64,000 bases of DNA. Origin: a virus. Under the pieces are notes generated by a model. The model worked only from the letters and a program-made list of their open reading frames with translations, searched no databases and had not been told where the DNA came from. The stretch is taken from the IMG/VR virus record IMGVR_UViG_3300042296_000700, positions 43,128-107,127 of that record; one strand, 5' to 3'. This document shows positions 40,309 to 50,337 of the stretch, one piece after another. The position numbers and the translations under genes are program-made. Position 1 is the stretch's first letter, and every line of letters begins with the position of its first letter.

Positions 40309-42387
40309 ATGCCTGGTGCCAACGTATTTGCCTACGATGGCACTGGCTATAAGCCCACCAACCGCTCCCTAACGGCTGCTATAGCGTCACGTACTGCCTC
40401 TGCATACACGGCGGTTTCGTACGCTTATAAGTTAAGTAAAGTGCCTGTAGCAATATCTGGCGCTGCACTCGGTACTGGAGCGACAAACTACACGACATCC
40501 ACACCTCATGGGTTTGTCAATGGCGAAATTATTGCTATTACTGGAATAACTCCAAGTTCTTATAACACAACAGCCGCAGTCATGGTGGTTAATACTACCC
40601 AATTTTATATTGTGGGATTTAACGGTACAACGGGTGGCGCTTACGCATCTGGCGGTGTTGCCACTATTGTTACTAACGTCAAGGCAGTTAGTCAGATTTG
40701 GCAGGGTTTCCCACCTACTCCGTCACAAGTAACTTTCGTACAGAGTTTTACGGGCACTGCCCCAGACTCAACAAACCGTACGACTATTTCGTGGACATGC
40801 GCAGCAACCACTACTCTTAACCGATTTGAGTTATACCGAAAAGTTGGTGCTGGAGCATTCACTGCTGTCAACACAAATATAGGAGCGGGTGTGCGTTCAT
40901 ATGTTGTGGATGGACATGCGGCTGCGACTACATACACTTATTTTGTGAAGTCGGTAGCGAACTCTGGTCTTACTTTAAGCGGTGCAGAAAACTCGTTTAC
41001 TTTGACGGCGTCGGCTCAACCAACCGACTTTATTTTGCAGCAAGGAGTTACTTCTAATTCTGCTACTTGGCGCGCACGTTTTCCTGCTGGGGTATTCCAA
41101 AAAATTCAGTGGTACAACCTTTCTTATGATGGCGTAAATCTGTATTGGGAATTGATAACTTCTGCCACTTTGGCTAGTAATGCTACGACTAATGACTATA
41201 CGCGGACTGGTTTGGCTGAACGGGCTGGATATTGGGCGCGATATGTTTTAACTAACTACAATAATCATACGACGGGCTCAGATGTAGAAAATCAAAACTA
41301 TAAATCAATCACAACTCTTAATGCTCCGCCTAATTCACCATCGCTAAATGGGATTAGTACTGGTCCTGCTCAAAACCCTATACCAGCAGTGGGTTCAAAC
41401 TCTGGATTCGCAACATCTGGTGAGGTGTTGAAATATATTGGTGTCAACTATACGTTGGCAGCGGATACTGATTTCTTGAACTGTGAAGTTTATTTGTATT
41501 CAGGTACGTCAGCCCCAACAACTTTCGTTAGTAGTCAAGTGTTTACTACGGCACCAGGGGCTGCTCAGGCTGCGTGGTTTTACGTTTTACCTAACACTAA
41601 ATATTGGGCTCTCGTCAGACAACGCGACAACAACGGTGGTGAAACTGACAACGCTACTGGCTGGCAGAGTGTTACTACCCCCATCGTCTACTCTTTCACG
41701 AACGCTAACGCTTTTGACACTGCTACGGGAACAACGTATTCCGAAAGCGCTGCAACGACGGGGATGTATACAGGTGTTAATTATTTAACAACTGCTATCA
41801 CTTATGACAGTAATTATAGTGGGACGTTATTGCACGGCGGAAGCACAGCAAACACCACTGACAGAAGTTTGACCTCATATCTTTCTTGGAAAGTTGTTAG
41901 TTCTGCAACTTCGGGTCAGGATACTGTTGGAAACATCAATTTTGCGATGAGAGACGCCCGCGATAGTTTTCTTGACTACGGGATTTATGCAACATGGCTG
42001 GTTTTTTCTGTAAGAAAGCATAACGTTGTTCTTCAAATGTATAACTCTGCTGGCACATGGCTTGGCGGAGGGGCGTCGTCACTAGTAAACACAAGAAATA
42101 ATCAGCCAACTGTTATTGCAAGTTTAAATAACTTTGATTGGGACCATAACTTCAGTTTTGCTACTCAGTCTGTAAAATCTACGGCTGCTAAAGGCGCGAC
42201 AACATATGGTGGGGCAGGCAACGGAGGAACACCTTCTTGGAATATGTATTTATCAATAAGAAACCCAGTTAACGTGAGCCCCCCTTATGTTCACCTTACG
42301 GAATATGAAAGAATAGGACTTCAGTACACTACTGAAACTTCCGTCACAACCTACACAACCACCCCAGCAGTAACAAGATATTATTAA
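40309..42387 (+). CDS. Virion protein with FCCH-like and fibronectin-III-like domains
   Basis: PHGFVNGE.I.ITGI, ISW...FELYR...TYTYFVKS. Confidence 0.65.
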   Translation: MPGANVFAYDGTGYKPTNRSLTAAIASRTASAYTAVSYAYKLSKVPVAISGAALGTGATNYTTSTPHGFVNGEIIAITGITPSSYNTTAAVMVVNTTQFYIVGFNGTTGGAYASGGVATIVTNVKAVSQIWQGFPPTPSQVTFVQSFTGTAPDSTNRTTISWTCAATTTLNRFELYRKVGAGAFTAVNTNIGAGVRSYVVDGHAAATTYTYFVKSVANSGLTLSGAENSFTLTASAQPTDFILQQGVTSNSATWRARFPAGVFQKIQWYNLSYDGVNLYWELITSATLASNATTNDYTRTGLAERAGYWARYVLTNYNNHTTGSDVENQNYKSITTLNAPPNSPSLNGISTGPAQNPIPAVGSNSGFATSGEVLKYIGVNYTLAADTDFLNCEVYLYSGTSAPTTFVSSQVFTTAPGAAQAAWFYVLPNTKYWALVRQRDNNGGETDNATGWQSVTTPIVYSFTNANAFDTATGTTYSESAATTGMYTGVNYLTTAITYDSNYSGTLLHGGSTANTTDRSLTSYLSWKVVSSATSGQDTVGNINFAMRDARDSFLDYGIYATWLVFSVRKHNVVLQMYNSAGTWLGGGASSLVNTRNNQPTVIASLNNFDWDHNFSFATQSVKSTAAKGATTYGGAGNGGTPSWNMYLSIRNPVNVSPPYVHLTEYERIGLQYTTETSVTTYTTTPAVTRYY

Positions 42388-42427
42388 TAACTAGTTATTA
42401 AGTGCTACACTGTATTGGAGGTGTAGC

Positions 42428-45139
42428 ATGGGGAAAATATCGCGGTTAACACGGCTGCTCATATTCATACCTGTAGCAGTAATGGCATGGGTCGTACCCC
42501 CTATTTCCTCTGTCCACGCAACAGGATATCCCGAAGACCAAAACTGGGAAGCCGTCACCTATGGGGACGGAAAATTTGTTGCTGTTGCCTCATCTGGTAA
42601 CGGTAACCGTGTGATGACGTCAACAGATGGCGACTACTGGGTTTCAAGAACTTCTGCTTCCGACAGCAACTGGCAAGGGATTACATACGCCGACAATCAG
42701 TTTGTTGCAGTTGGCTCAAATGCGGTCATGACCTCGCCTGACGGTGTTACGTGGACATCAAGAACTGCACCAACAGGAGAATGGCAAGCAATCACGAACT
42801 GTGGCGGTCTTTTTGTTGCTACCGCGACTTGGGGGAGTAGTTATGTAATGTCTTCCACGGATGGTGTTGAATGGACATTGCGCACTCCCGCCTATGGATG
42901 GTCACATGATGCGGTTGCCTGTAGTGCAGAAGTTCCACGGTTTGTTTCCGTGTCTCAGTTCGGTAGAGCATGGTCTTCCGCTAATGGCACTACTGGCTGG
43001 TCTACTCAAAACCCTGGTGCAATTGTAGATATCCGAACAGTTGCGTTTGGCAATGGTCGCTTTACATGGCTTGAGTACAGCACAAACTCGGGAAATAGAT
43101 ATGGTGGTTACTCCACGAACGGATTGAACTGGTCTGCTGGAATTGTTCCATCTAATCAATGGAAGTACATCACCTACGGCGGAGATAAATTTATTGCGGT
43201 AGCGGAAGGCGGATTAAATTCCCGTTCTGCTTATTCAACTGATGGCGCGAACTGGACGCTAGGTTCTGGGGTTCCGAATAACTCGTGGCAAGGTGTTGCT
43301 TATGGGGCTGGGAAATATGTTGCTGTAGCAAACTCTGGAACAGACAACAGGGTTATGACTTCTACGGATGGTCAATCATGGGAGAGTTTGTCTGTCACGC
43401 CACCTCCGTACTTTAATGCGGTCACAAACTTGACGGCTGTTGCCAACGCAGATGGAAGCGTTGACCTTGATTGGGATGCGCCAACGTCAAGCAATGTTGA
43501 TATCTACGCCTACGCGGTTACGTTCTATGACCTTGACGAAATTGACGGTACCACCTCTGGCGGTTGGGGGGTTTGGACTAACCAAGGAACTACTTACTCA
43601 CTGGGTGAATGGATGTTCTCTGGAGGCAACCCCGTAACTACTGGATTCGGACCCGTTCGTTTTGGTATCAAAGCGGGAAATCAAAGTTGTTTCTCTAACG
43701 AAGGTGTGGGTCCATGCGTTTACGGACCCGAAACCACTGTTGATGTAACGGTTCTTGACCCAACTCCACCTTCAACTACAACAACTGAACCTGAAACAAC
43801 TACGACCACTCAACCAGAACCAACCACTACTACTCAACCAGAACCAGAAATTACTCAACCAGAAACAACTACAACAGAGCCAGAAACTGTTGTAACCATT
43901 CCAGAAACCACGACTACCGTTCCAGAATCACCGCCTTCAGGAACAACAACAACCGTTCCATTAGAGGAGGAAACGACAGTTGAGACACCCACGAACACGG
44001 ATAATTCCGAAGATACAGAATCCACCACCTCGCTACCACAATATGCCCCAGAACAAGAGGCAACAACGGATGAAACGCCGATAGTTGTTCCCGAAGATAC
44101 GCAAGACGCAGCCGATACTGCGGTTGCAGACATTTTTGACGGTCCTATGTCAGACGACAAACTCGCGGACGCTGTTGATGATTTGGTTGCTGACGCTGAA
44201 ACACCTGAAGAACTAACGGCGGTTGTTACTGCGCTTCTTGACCAAGAACTATCGGATGAACAGTTCTCTACCGTTATTGATTCTGTTTTCTCTGAACCTT
44301 TATCTGATGAAAATTTTGCTGCTGCTATAGACGCTGTGTTTGAAGACCCGACTCAACTATCGGAAGCACAGTTTGAGGATGCAGTTGCCGCAGTGTTTGA
44401 TGCACCTCTTTCTGATGAGCAGTTCCAAGACGCCGTTGCAGCAGTCTTTGAAGACACCGAGTCTCTGAGTGACGAGCAGTTTGATACCGCAGTACAGGCA
44501 GTCTTTGATGAGCCTCTAAGTACAGAGCAATTCGCTGAAGCCCTTAGTGCAGTCTTTGATGAACCTATTTCTGACGATAAATTTGATGCGATTATTGATG
44601 CTGTTTTGGATGAACCAATTTCCGATGAGCAATTTGAGGAACTGGTTAATGTCTTGGAATCTGACACAGTTACTGAGGAGCAGGTTTCGGCTGCTGTTGA
44701 CTCGGTTATTGAAAATGGGGTTACGGAAGACCAAGCCGTTGACCTCGCTACGAGCGAAAAAGTTTTGCAAAGTATTGACGGTGAGCAGGCAGCAGAAATC
44801 TTTGATGCTGTTGATATCTCAAATGTAAACCCAGAAGAGGCAGCGCAACTGGTTGCAGCGGTTCAAGACGCCCCAACCGAGGTTAGGGAATCTCTGGAAT
44901 CTGAAATTAACGTTTTTGACGGAGCCATTGATATCTATGTTCCGCTCGGCTCTGGGGTTGACGTCGGCACACGTCGCGTCATTGTTGCTGCTGCTGGTGT
45001 ATTATTTGTAGCACCAACTATTATGCCTATTACTCCAACAGCCCCATTAAATGGTAGTGGTAATAATAATCCATCTCCAAATGGTGGCGGAGGTGCTTCG
45101 GTGTCAACAGAACCACGCAGAAGGGTTAGAGGAAAATGA
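42428..45139 (+). CDS. Secreted/membrane-anchored protein: signal peptide, beta-propeller repeats, FN3, Pro/Thr linker, acidic helical repeats, C-terminal hydrophobic segment
   Basis: W..V.YG.GKFVAV repeats; TTTTEPE linker; FD.PLSDEQF..AV.AV repeats. Confidence 0.75.
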   Translation: MGKISRLTRLLIFIPVAVMAWVVPPISSVHATGYPEDQNWEAVTYGDGKFVAVASSGNGNRVMTSTDGDYWVSRTSASDSNWQGITYADNQFVAVGSNAVMTSPDGVTWTSRTAPTGEWQAITNCGGLFVATATWGSSYVMSSTDGVEWTLRTPAYGWSHDAVACSAEVPRFVSVSQFGRAWSSANGTTGWSTQNPGAIVDIRTVAFGNGRFTWLEYSTNSGNRYGGYSTNGLNWSAGIVPSNQWKYITYGGDKFIAVAEGGLNSRSAYSTDGANWTLGSGVPNNSWQGVAYGAGKYVAVANSGTDNRVMTSTDGQSWESLSVTPPPYFNAVTNLTAVANADGSVDLDWDAPTSSNVDIYAYAVTFYDLDEIDGTTSGGWGVWTNQGTTYSLGEWMFSGGNPVTTGFGPVRFGIKAGNQSCFSNEGVGPCVYGPETTVDVTVLDPTPPSTTTTEPETTTTTQPEPTTTTQPEPEITQPETTTTEPETVVTIPETTTTVPESPPSGTTTTVPLEEETTVETPTNTDNSEDTESTTSLPQYAPEQEATTDETPIVVPEDTQDAADTAVADIFDGPMSDDKLADAVDDLVADAETPEELTAVVTALLDQELSDEQFSTVIDSVFSEPLSDENFAAAIDAVFEDPTQLSEAQFEDAVAAVFDAPLSDEQFQDAVAAVFEDTESLSDEQFDTAVQAVFDEPLSTEQFAEALSAVFDEPISDDKFDAIIDAVLDEPISDEQFEELVNVLESDTVTEEQVSAAVDSVIENGVTEDQAVDLATSEKVLQSIDGEQAAEIFDAVDISNVNPEEAAQLVAAVQDAPTEVRESLESEINVFDGAIDIYVPLGSGVDVGTRRVIVAAAGVLFVAPTIMPITPTAPLNGSGNNNPSPNGGGGASVSTEPRRRVRGK

Positions 45140-45315
45140 AATATTTGAAAAAACTAGTAAATGAGGGTCACGCTCTTGCATGGACTTTGGCTGGAACTGC
45201 GTTAGTTCTCATCACCCTTTCAGGTGAAACAAAAACCAAGGGGCTTTGGATTAGTGGCGTTGCTTTACTTATTCACATTATTGGTGTCCTTCTCAAGAAG
45301 GAAGAAAACGAGTAA
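45136..45315 (+). CDS. Small two-TM membrane protein (not in ORF track)
   Basis: Manual translation MKYLKKLVNEGHALAWTLAGTALVLITLSG...; ATGA overlap with the upstream stop. Confidence 0.65.
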   Translation: MKYLKKLVNEGHALAWTLAGTALVLITLSGETKTKGLWISGVALLIHIIGVLLKKEENE

Positions 45316-45318
45316 AAT

Positions 45319-45573
45319 ATGAAAATTCTAAATAATGTTCTGCTGCGCATCGTTGCAGTATTCGCAGCATCGGGTCTGGGTGTTATTGGTGCTGGCGCAA
45401 TTGCTGGTGTCACCTTGTGGAAAGCCTGCTTCATGGCTGGCATGGCTGGCGTCGCAACTGTTGTTGAAGGTCTCGCCAGAGAATTCTTAGATGACGGCAA
45501 ACTTGAACTCGCTGAAATAAACAGTGTTTTTACAAGGGTTGACAAAAAGGCGCAACAATCAGTATCTGAATAA
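45319..45573 (+). CDS. Holin
   Basis: Two TM helices, DDGKL...EIN motif; directly before the endolysin. Confidence 0.7.
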   Translation: MKILNNVLLRIVAVFAASGLGVIGAGAIAGVTLWKACFMAGMAGVATVVEGLAREFLDDGKLELAEINSVFTRVDKKAQQSVSE

Positions 45574-45645
45574 TAGGTTCAAACGGTTTGGTATAATATA
45601 GTTGAGGGACAAAACCCCCAACGAAATATCAACCGAAGGAAAACC

Positions 45646-46440
45646 ATGAGCCTCCCATACATCAAACTCGTAGTCCCAACTGCACTCAAGCAGTATAAGA
45701 ACGGTCAGTTGGCTGACAGCGTTTTGGCTTCCGTTAAAACTGGCGGAAAGATGTACGCACCAGTCGCAGCGCAATTCAATAAGTTGTACGACGCCGCCCT
45801 GGCTGCTGGTCATAAACTCAGGAATGTTGGCGACTACCGTTCGTTTGAAGGTCAACTCGCAATGTTCCGTGACCGCTATGTGCTTGAAAATACTGGTACT
45901 GGCGTAACCCGCACTTTTGAAGGAAAGACTTGGTACCTCAAGAAGGGCAAGGCTCCTTCTGCGGCTCCAGACCCAACAGGTCTCAAAGGCTCAAATCATG
46001 GCTGGGGGCTGGCTATTGACCTCGGATACGAGTCTCGCGGTCAGTTGCTTGGCATGGGTGGCGCTTGTTTTGACTGGATGTGTGCAAACGCTCCCAAGTA
46101 CGGTTTCTATCTCCAAGGTAACGATAAGAAATCTAAAGAGTTTGAAGCATGGCACTGGCAGTATGCTCTCGGAGATGCATCGCCTGATGGCTCGGCTCCA
46201 GCCGCTGCTCCTGCTGCTGCTCCTGTAGCAGGCGGACTTCACTTTGATTACCCTGGCTTTGATGTCAAAAAAGGTTACAAGGGCGATGTCGCGAAACTGG
46301 TACAAGCAGTTATCGGCGCTAAGCCCGATGGCGACTTCGGTGCTAAGTCTGAGGCTTCACTCAAGGCATGGCAAACAAGTAAGGGTCTTCACGCTAACGG
46401 CGTAGTTTGCAAAGATTGCTGGAAGGTAATGTTCGGCTGA
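45646..46440 (+). CDS. Endolysin: M15 (VanY-like) peptidase plus peptidoglycan-binding domain
   Basis: YRSF..Q, SNHGWGLAID, EAWHW; C-terminal DGDFG..S...LK.WQ...GL.ANGVV. Confidence 0.9.
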   Translation: MSLPYIKLVVPTALKQYKNGQLADSVLASVKTGGKMYAPVAAQFNKLYDAALAAGHKLRNVGDYRSFEGQLAMFRDRYVLENTGTGVTRTFEGKTWYLKKGKAPSAAPDPTGLKGSNHGWGLAIDLGYESRGQLLGMGGACFDWMCANAPKYGFYLQGNDKKSKEFEAWHWQYALGDASPDGSAPAAAPAAAPVAGGLHFDYPGFDVKKGYKGDVAKLVQAVIGAKPDGDFGAKSEASLKAWQTSKGLHANGVVCKDCWKVMFG

Positions 46441-46529
46441 TTATCTATCACCTAGCCGAATGGTTAGGGTACGCCTGATTTTTCAAATTTACATAGTGCT
46501 CAAGAGTTCTAGTGTAATGTGTTCCCAGT

Positions 46530-46862
46530 ATGGAAGATGACAAAGAGGTCTCGTGGCACAATGACGGGCATATTCTTGTCATGCAACTCAACCACAGTGC
46601 CGTAAAAATCATTGAAGTCATCTGTCCTCACGCTTCCTCAGATGAAGCGACGTGCCGTCACGCTGACGCCAAATGCGCAGTTGAATGGTTCATCAACAGG
46701 TTTGGTCTTGACTGCAACGTTGGCGTATGTCCACCTCAGGAAAACCTTCAAGTCGCTTGGACTTTCGCTGGAGAGTGGCACCATGAACTTGACCAAGGTC
46801 AAATATGGGTTATGCCAGTAGATGATGAGGCTTTTTCTGCTTGGATTATCACTCAGCAGTAG
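46530..46862 (+). CDS. Hypothetical Cys-containing protein
   Basis: 110-aa ORF. Confidence 0.55.
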   Translation: MEDDKEVSWHNDGHILVMQLNHSAVKIIEVICPHASSDEATCRHADAKCAVEWFINRFGLDCNVGVCPPQENLQVAWTFAGEWHHELDQGQIWVMPVDDEAFSAWIITQQ

Positions 46863-46876
46863 GTGCTATCACTCTG

Positions 46877-47311
46877 CTATTCGGCTGACCTTTTCATGAG
46901 TCGCTTAATGACGGTAAATAAGCCTCTGATATCACTGTGATTTTCAAGAGTTGACCCGACAATTTGATATTCATTTCTTCCATTGACTTTTGTTCTTGCT
47001 ATGAGCGAATCATCAAGGAGTTTTGCTATTGCTTTCCCAACGTTTGTTTCCGTCGTACCTAACAAAACAGACATCTCGCGAATAGTTAAGTAAGGCTTTT
47101 GAATAAGCAACGAAATAACTCGTCCTGCTGGAGTCAACAAACTCGTTACGTTGTTGTCGCCGTATTGAATAATGTTTTGTTCGCCAAGAGTTTGAAGTAT
47201 TGATTCAACCATTGACACAACATCATCACCATTTTTCACACACTCGTCAACTGTATGTTCAAGAGGCGTGCGTAAAACATGGTCTCTTTTATTTGAATAA
47301 CGTGAAGACAT
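46877..47311 (-). CDS. Winged-helix (MarR-like) DNA-binding protein
   Basis: LTIREMSVLLGTTETNVGKAIAKL...LI.R.K.NGRN.Y; AGGAG RBS before 47311. Confidence 0.7.
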   Translation of the reverse strand: MSSRYSNKRDHVLRTPLEHTVDECVKNGDDVVSMVESILQTLGEQNIIQYGDNNVTSLLTPAGRVISLLIQKPYLTIREMSVLLGTTETNVGKAIAKLLDDSLIARTKVNGRNEYQIVGSTLENHSDIRGLFTVIKRLMKRSAE

Positions 47312-47397
47312 TGAACTCCTAGACATAGACGCAAACATAGTATATAGTTACACCTGTCCACGTGCGTTTCCAATTGCACGATTAGTGGGGGTCACAT

Positions 47398-47640
47398 ATG
47401 TCAGAACTTGCATCAAGGTTAATGAGATTAGATGCCGAGCAAAATCAACCATGCCCTGTAACAAAACTTCTCAATTCACTAGATGGTGAAACATCAGAAG
47501 TTTTAAAAAGAGTAATGGATGGTAGGGCATCTACGCGAGAAATACATAGTGAACTTACTGCTGGTGGATACAGGATAGGTAGAGACACAATAGCCGCACA
47601 TCGCAACGGCTGGTGCCGCTGTCAAGGAGAAACCAAATGA
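47398..47640 (+). CDS. Small Cys/His (Zn-binding) HTH-like protein
   Basis: CPV...HRNGWCRC; coupled to the phosphoesterase. Confidence 0.55.
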   Translation: MSELASRLMRLDAEQNQPCPVTKLLNSLDGETSEVLKRVMDGRASTREIHSELTAGGYRIGRDTIAAHRNGWCRCQGETK

Positions 47641-48884
47641 GTAAGAAACCAACGACATTGGCAGCCCGTCTTGCAGCGGTAGAAAATAAAGCAGAACATG
47701 AGGATGATGTTAAAAGTCGCAAGACTCCGCCAGGTTGGGAACCTGGTGTTATCTGGGATGGAAAAACTGGAACTATCACAACTGACACAATCTATGAGAC
47801 TCCAGAAGATTGGTCAGATTTATTACGTGCTCGCGGTTTAGACCCAGAGAAGTACGAAATTGTTGGAGACACAATCAAATGGTGTTCCTACGATGGCTGG
47901 AAACGAGAGAGCCAAGAGGACACTGCAACGAGTGCTATCTGCTACTCGTTCAAAGCAGAGATTCGCTTGAAGTCAAAGAACCGTTATAGCGGTGATTTGG
48001 AGGCGTTATATCACGACGTTCGCAAGAAGAAGAAGGGTGCTAAAGTCGCCCCAACTGGTGACAGTACTTTTGTAGTTGCTCTAAGCGACTGGCAAGTCGG
48101 AAACAGAGATGGTGGCGGAGTAGAGCGTCAAGCCGAAAAAATCGCCACTCTCGTAGACGCAATTCCCCAGCGTATTGCGGATTTGCGCCGTGCAGGCAAC
48201 AAAATCGGACATATTGTTATTGCTGGATTAGGTGACCTTTGCGAAGGAACTTGCGGACATTATCCAGCACAGCAATTCCGAATTGAGTTAGACCGACGCG
48301 AACAACTCAAACTTGTCCGTCGTGGAGTCCGAGACATCATCATGGCTTGTGCACCGTTAGCGGAAAAGGTAACAGTGACCGCAGTAGGCGGAAACCATGG
48401 CGAGAACCGTGGCTTAACTGGCAAAGCATTCACAACTACTGGCGACAACGACGATGTAGCAATCTTTGAACAGATTGCCGAAATCCTTTCAATCAACCCA
48501 GAGGTTTATGGGCATGTCGGATTCAGACTTCCGCTAGAACGCCTTACTGTTTCGTTAAATCTGTCTGGACATAATGTCGCATTCACGCACGGACACCTAT
48601 CCAAAGCAAGTGGTAACGCTGCGCAATCAGTATGGAACTGGTGGAAAGACCAGACTTTAGGTCGCGCCCACGCAGGAGTAGCCGACGCAGACATCCTTAT
48701 CACAGGGCATTATCACCACTTGAACGTTAAAGAGCAGGAAGGACGCGCCGTTTTTGTTTGTCCAAGTCTCACATCTGTTGGTGAATACTTCCAAGATGCC
48801 TATGGAGTGAGAACCCGTGAAGGGACATTGTCAATTCTTATCTCTGAAGAAAACGGGTGGGGCGAACTCCACCTTATTAACTGA
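47637..48884 (+). CDS. Calcineurin-like metallophosphoesterase (Mre11/SbcD-like)
   Basis: SDWQ, GLGD, GGNHG, THGH, TGHYHH motifs. Confidence 0.85.
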   Translation: MSKKPTTLAARLAAVENKAEHEDDVKSRKTPPGWEPGVIWDGKTGTITTDTIYETPEDWSDLLRARGLDPEKYEIVGDTIKWCSYDGWKRESQEDTATSAICYSFKAEIRLKSKNRYSGDLEALYHDVRKKKKGAKVAPTGDSTFVVALSDWQVGNRDGGGVERQAEKIATLVDAIPQRIADLRRAGNKIGHIVIAGLGDLCEGTCGHYPAQQFRIELDRREQLKLVRRGVRDIIMACAPLAEKVTVTAVGGNHGENRGLTGKAFTTTGDNDDVAIFEQIAEILSINPEVYGHVGFRLPLERLTVSLNLSGHNVAFTHGHLSKASGNAAQSVWNWWKDQTLGRAHAGVADADILITGHYHHLNVKEQEGRAVFVCPSLTSVGEYFQDAYGVRTREGTLSILISEENGWGELHLIN

Positions 48885-48891
48885 GGCGACC

Positions 48892-49284
48892 ATGGCAAAA
48901 GAGGAAACTGAAGTTGAACGCAAGATAGCCCACATTGAATCCTTGATGCACAAGGACTATGCGGGTTACATTGAATGTGACCACGGCTGGGATGAACTCA
49001 TCATCAAATGCCATGAGGAACTGATAGCACTAGACCCCAACTATGTGCTTATACAAATTAAACAGAAGTTTGGTGGTCTTCGCTACTACTTTGAAACAGA
49101 GGCAGACAACAGAATACGCCTCAAAATGTATGAAGTAACAGGGAGATACGAGGCGCTATCACTCAAAACTTGTGAAGTCACAGGCGAAGCAGGCATCCTC
49201 ATGAAACATCAAGGACAATACTTTACAGTCAACCCCGACTACGCCCCAGACGGAGCAGTGGAAGTAAACCGTGATGGACAATGA
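48892..49284 (+). CDS. Conserved phage hypothetical protein
   Basis: GW..LI, QIKQKFGGLRYY, TCEVTG. Confidence 0.65.
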   Translation: MAKEETEVERKIAHIESLMHKDYAGYIECDHGWDELIIKCHEELIALDPNYVLIQIKQKFGGLRYYFETEADNRIRLKMYEVTGRYEALSLKTCEVTGEAGILMKHQGQYFTVNPDYAPDGAVEVNRDGQ

Positions 49285-49432
49285 AGAATACGAAAGCGTA
49301 GAAGAAACCCTACGCATCATGGCTGACGTCATGAACAAAGAAGCCGTGCAATTCAACATTGCCCCAGAGTTCCTACAAGAAGTAGCCGACGAAATCGCCA
49401 ACCTCAAACGACAGTTAGCCGAAAAATCGTGA
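49274..49432 (+). CDS. Small hypothetical protein (not in ORF track)
   Basis: Manual translation MDNEEYESVEETLRIMADV...LQEVADEIANLKRQLAEKS; overlaps both neighbours. Confidence 0.5.
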   Translation: MDNEEYESVEETLRIMADVMNKEAVQFNIAPEFLQEVADEIANLKRQLAEKS

Positions 49433-49638
49433 ACGACACAGCAGACATCATCCACAGAGAACCGAACTACCGTTGGGCAGTCATTGTACAGGAACCCCTA
49501 GAAGAATGGGGAACCCCCGAATTCCTAGTCGTCAAAGGCGACGGATTCAAATATACGGCAGTAGCCAGAACAGACTTCCTAGCAGAAGCCGAAGAAATGG
49601 CAACAGCCCTCAACTACTGGGAAACACGCCCACTGTAA
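49429..49638 (+). CDS. Hypothetical protein
   Basis: GTGA overlap with the upstream ORF. Confidence 0.5.
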   Translation: MNDTADIIHREPNYRWAVIVQEPLEEWGTPEFLVVKGDGFKYTAVARTDFLAEAEEMATALNYWETRPL

Positions 49639-49713
49639 CCCTATGAACAAAGCGCCGCATTCCTCCTCCACGTACCCAAATGCTGGATTGTCCTATATAC
49701 GGAGACACTACTG

Positions 49714-50337
49714 ATGACGACGATTGTGGGTATTCAGGGGGATGGTTTTGCTTTGCTTGCGACGGATAGTCGTATCTCTAGTTTTGATGAGAAGGGTACT
49801 GCGTATCAGTATACGACTTTGGGTGGGGGGTCTAGCAAACTTGCTTATAACGGGAAGTATCTGTTAGGTGCAGCAGGGGATGTGAGAGCAATTAACATTT
49901 TGCATCATGCTTTCCATCCGCCGTTGTGTGCTCTGACTCTTAAAGGGAAACGGTTGGATACTTTTATTACAACCAAATTCATTCCTGCTTTACGTCACTG
50001 CTTTGAAGAACAGGGGTATGCGGCTCCTAACGATAAGGAGAACAGTCATATCGCTGAGCATGATTCAACAATCATCGCCGTCATCAACGCAACCATTTAC
50101 ATCATAGATGGTGACTACTCATGGACAAACGACGCCACAGGACTATACGCAGCAGGCACAGGGTCAAGTTACGCACTAGGCGCACTACAAGCACTCAACC
50201 ACAAAAACCCCACACCCCAACAAGCCAAAACAATCGCACTCAAAGCACTCAACATCGCAGCCAAATACGACCCCTACACAGGGGCACCACACCACACATA
50301 CCTGCAAGAACACAACCGAAACAGCACCCAACAATGA
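49714..50337 (+). CDS. Proteasome beta-subunit/HslV-like Ntn protease
   Basis: N-terminal MTTIVG (Thr nucleophile), TDSR, SKL, GAAGD, GTGSSYALGAL. Confidence 0.8.
   Translation: MTTIVGIQGDGFALLATDSRISSFDEKGTAYQYTTLGGGSSKLAYNGKYLLGAAGDVRAINILHHAFHPPLCALTLKGKRLDTFITTKFIPALRHCFEEQGYAAPNDKENSHIAEHDSTIIAVINATIYIIDGDYSWTNDATGLYAAGTGSSYALGALQALNHKNPTPQQAKTIALKALNIAAKYDPYTGAPHHTYLQEHNRNSTQQ

Noticed and set aside
10041-45855. Numerous antisense ORFs over structural genes
   Set aside because: Shadow frames of Ala/Gly/Thr-rich genes without RBS or motifs
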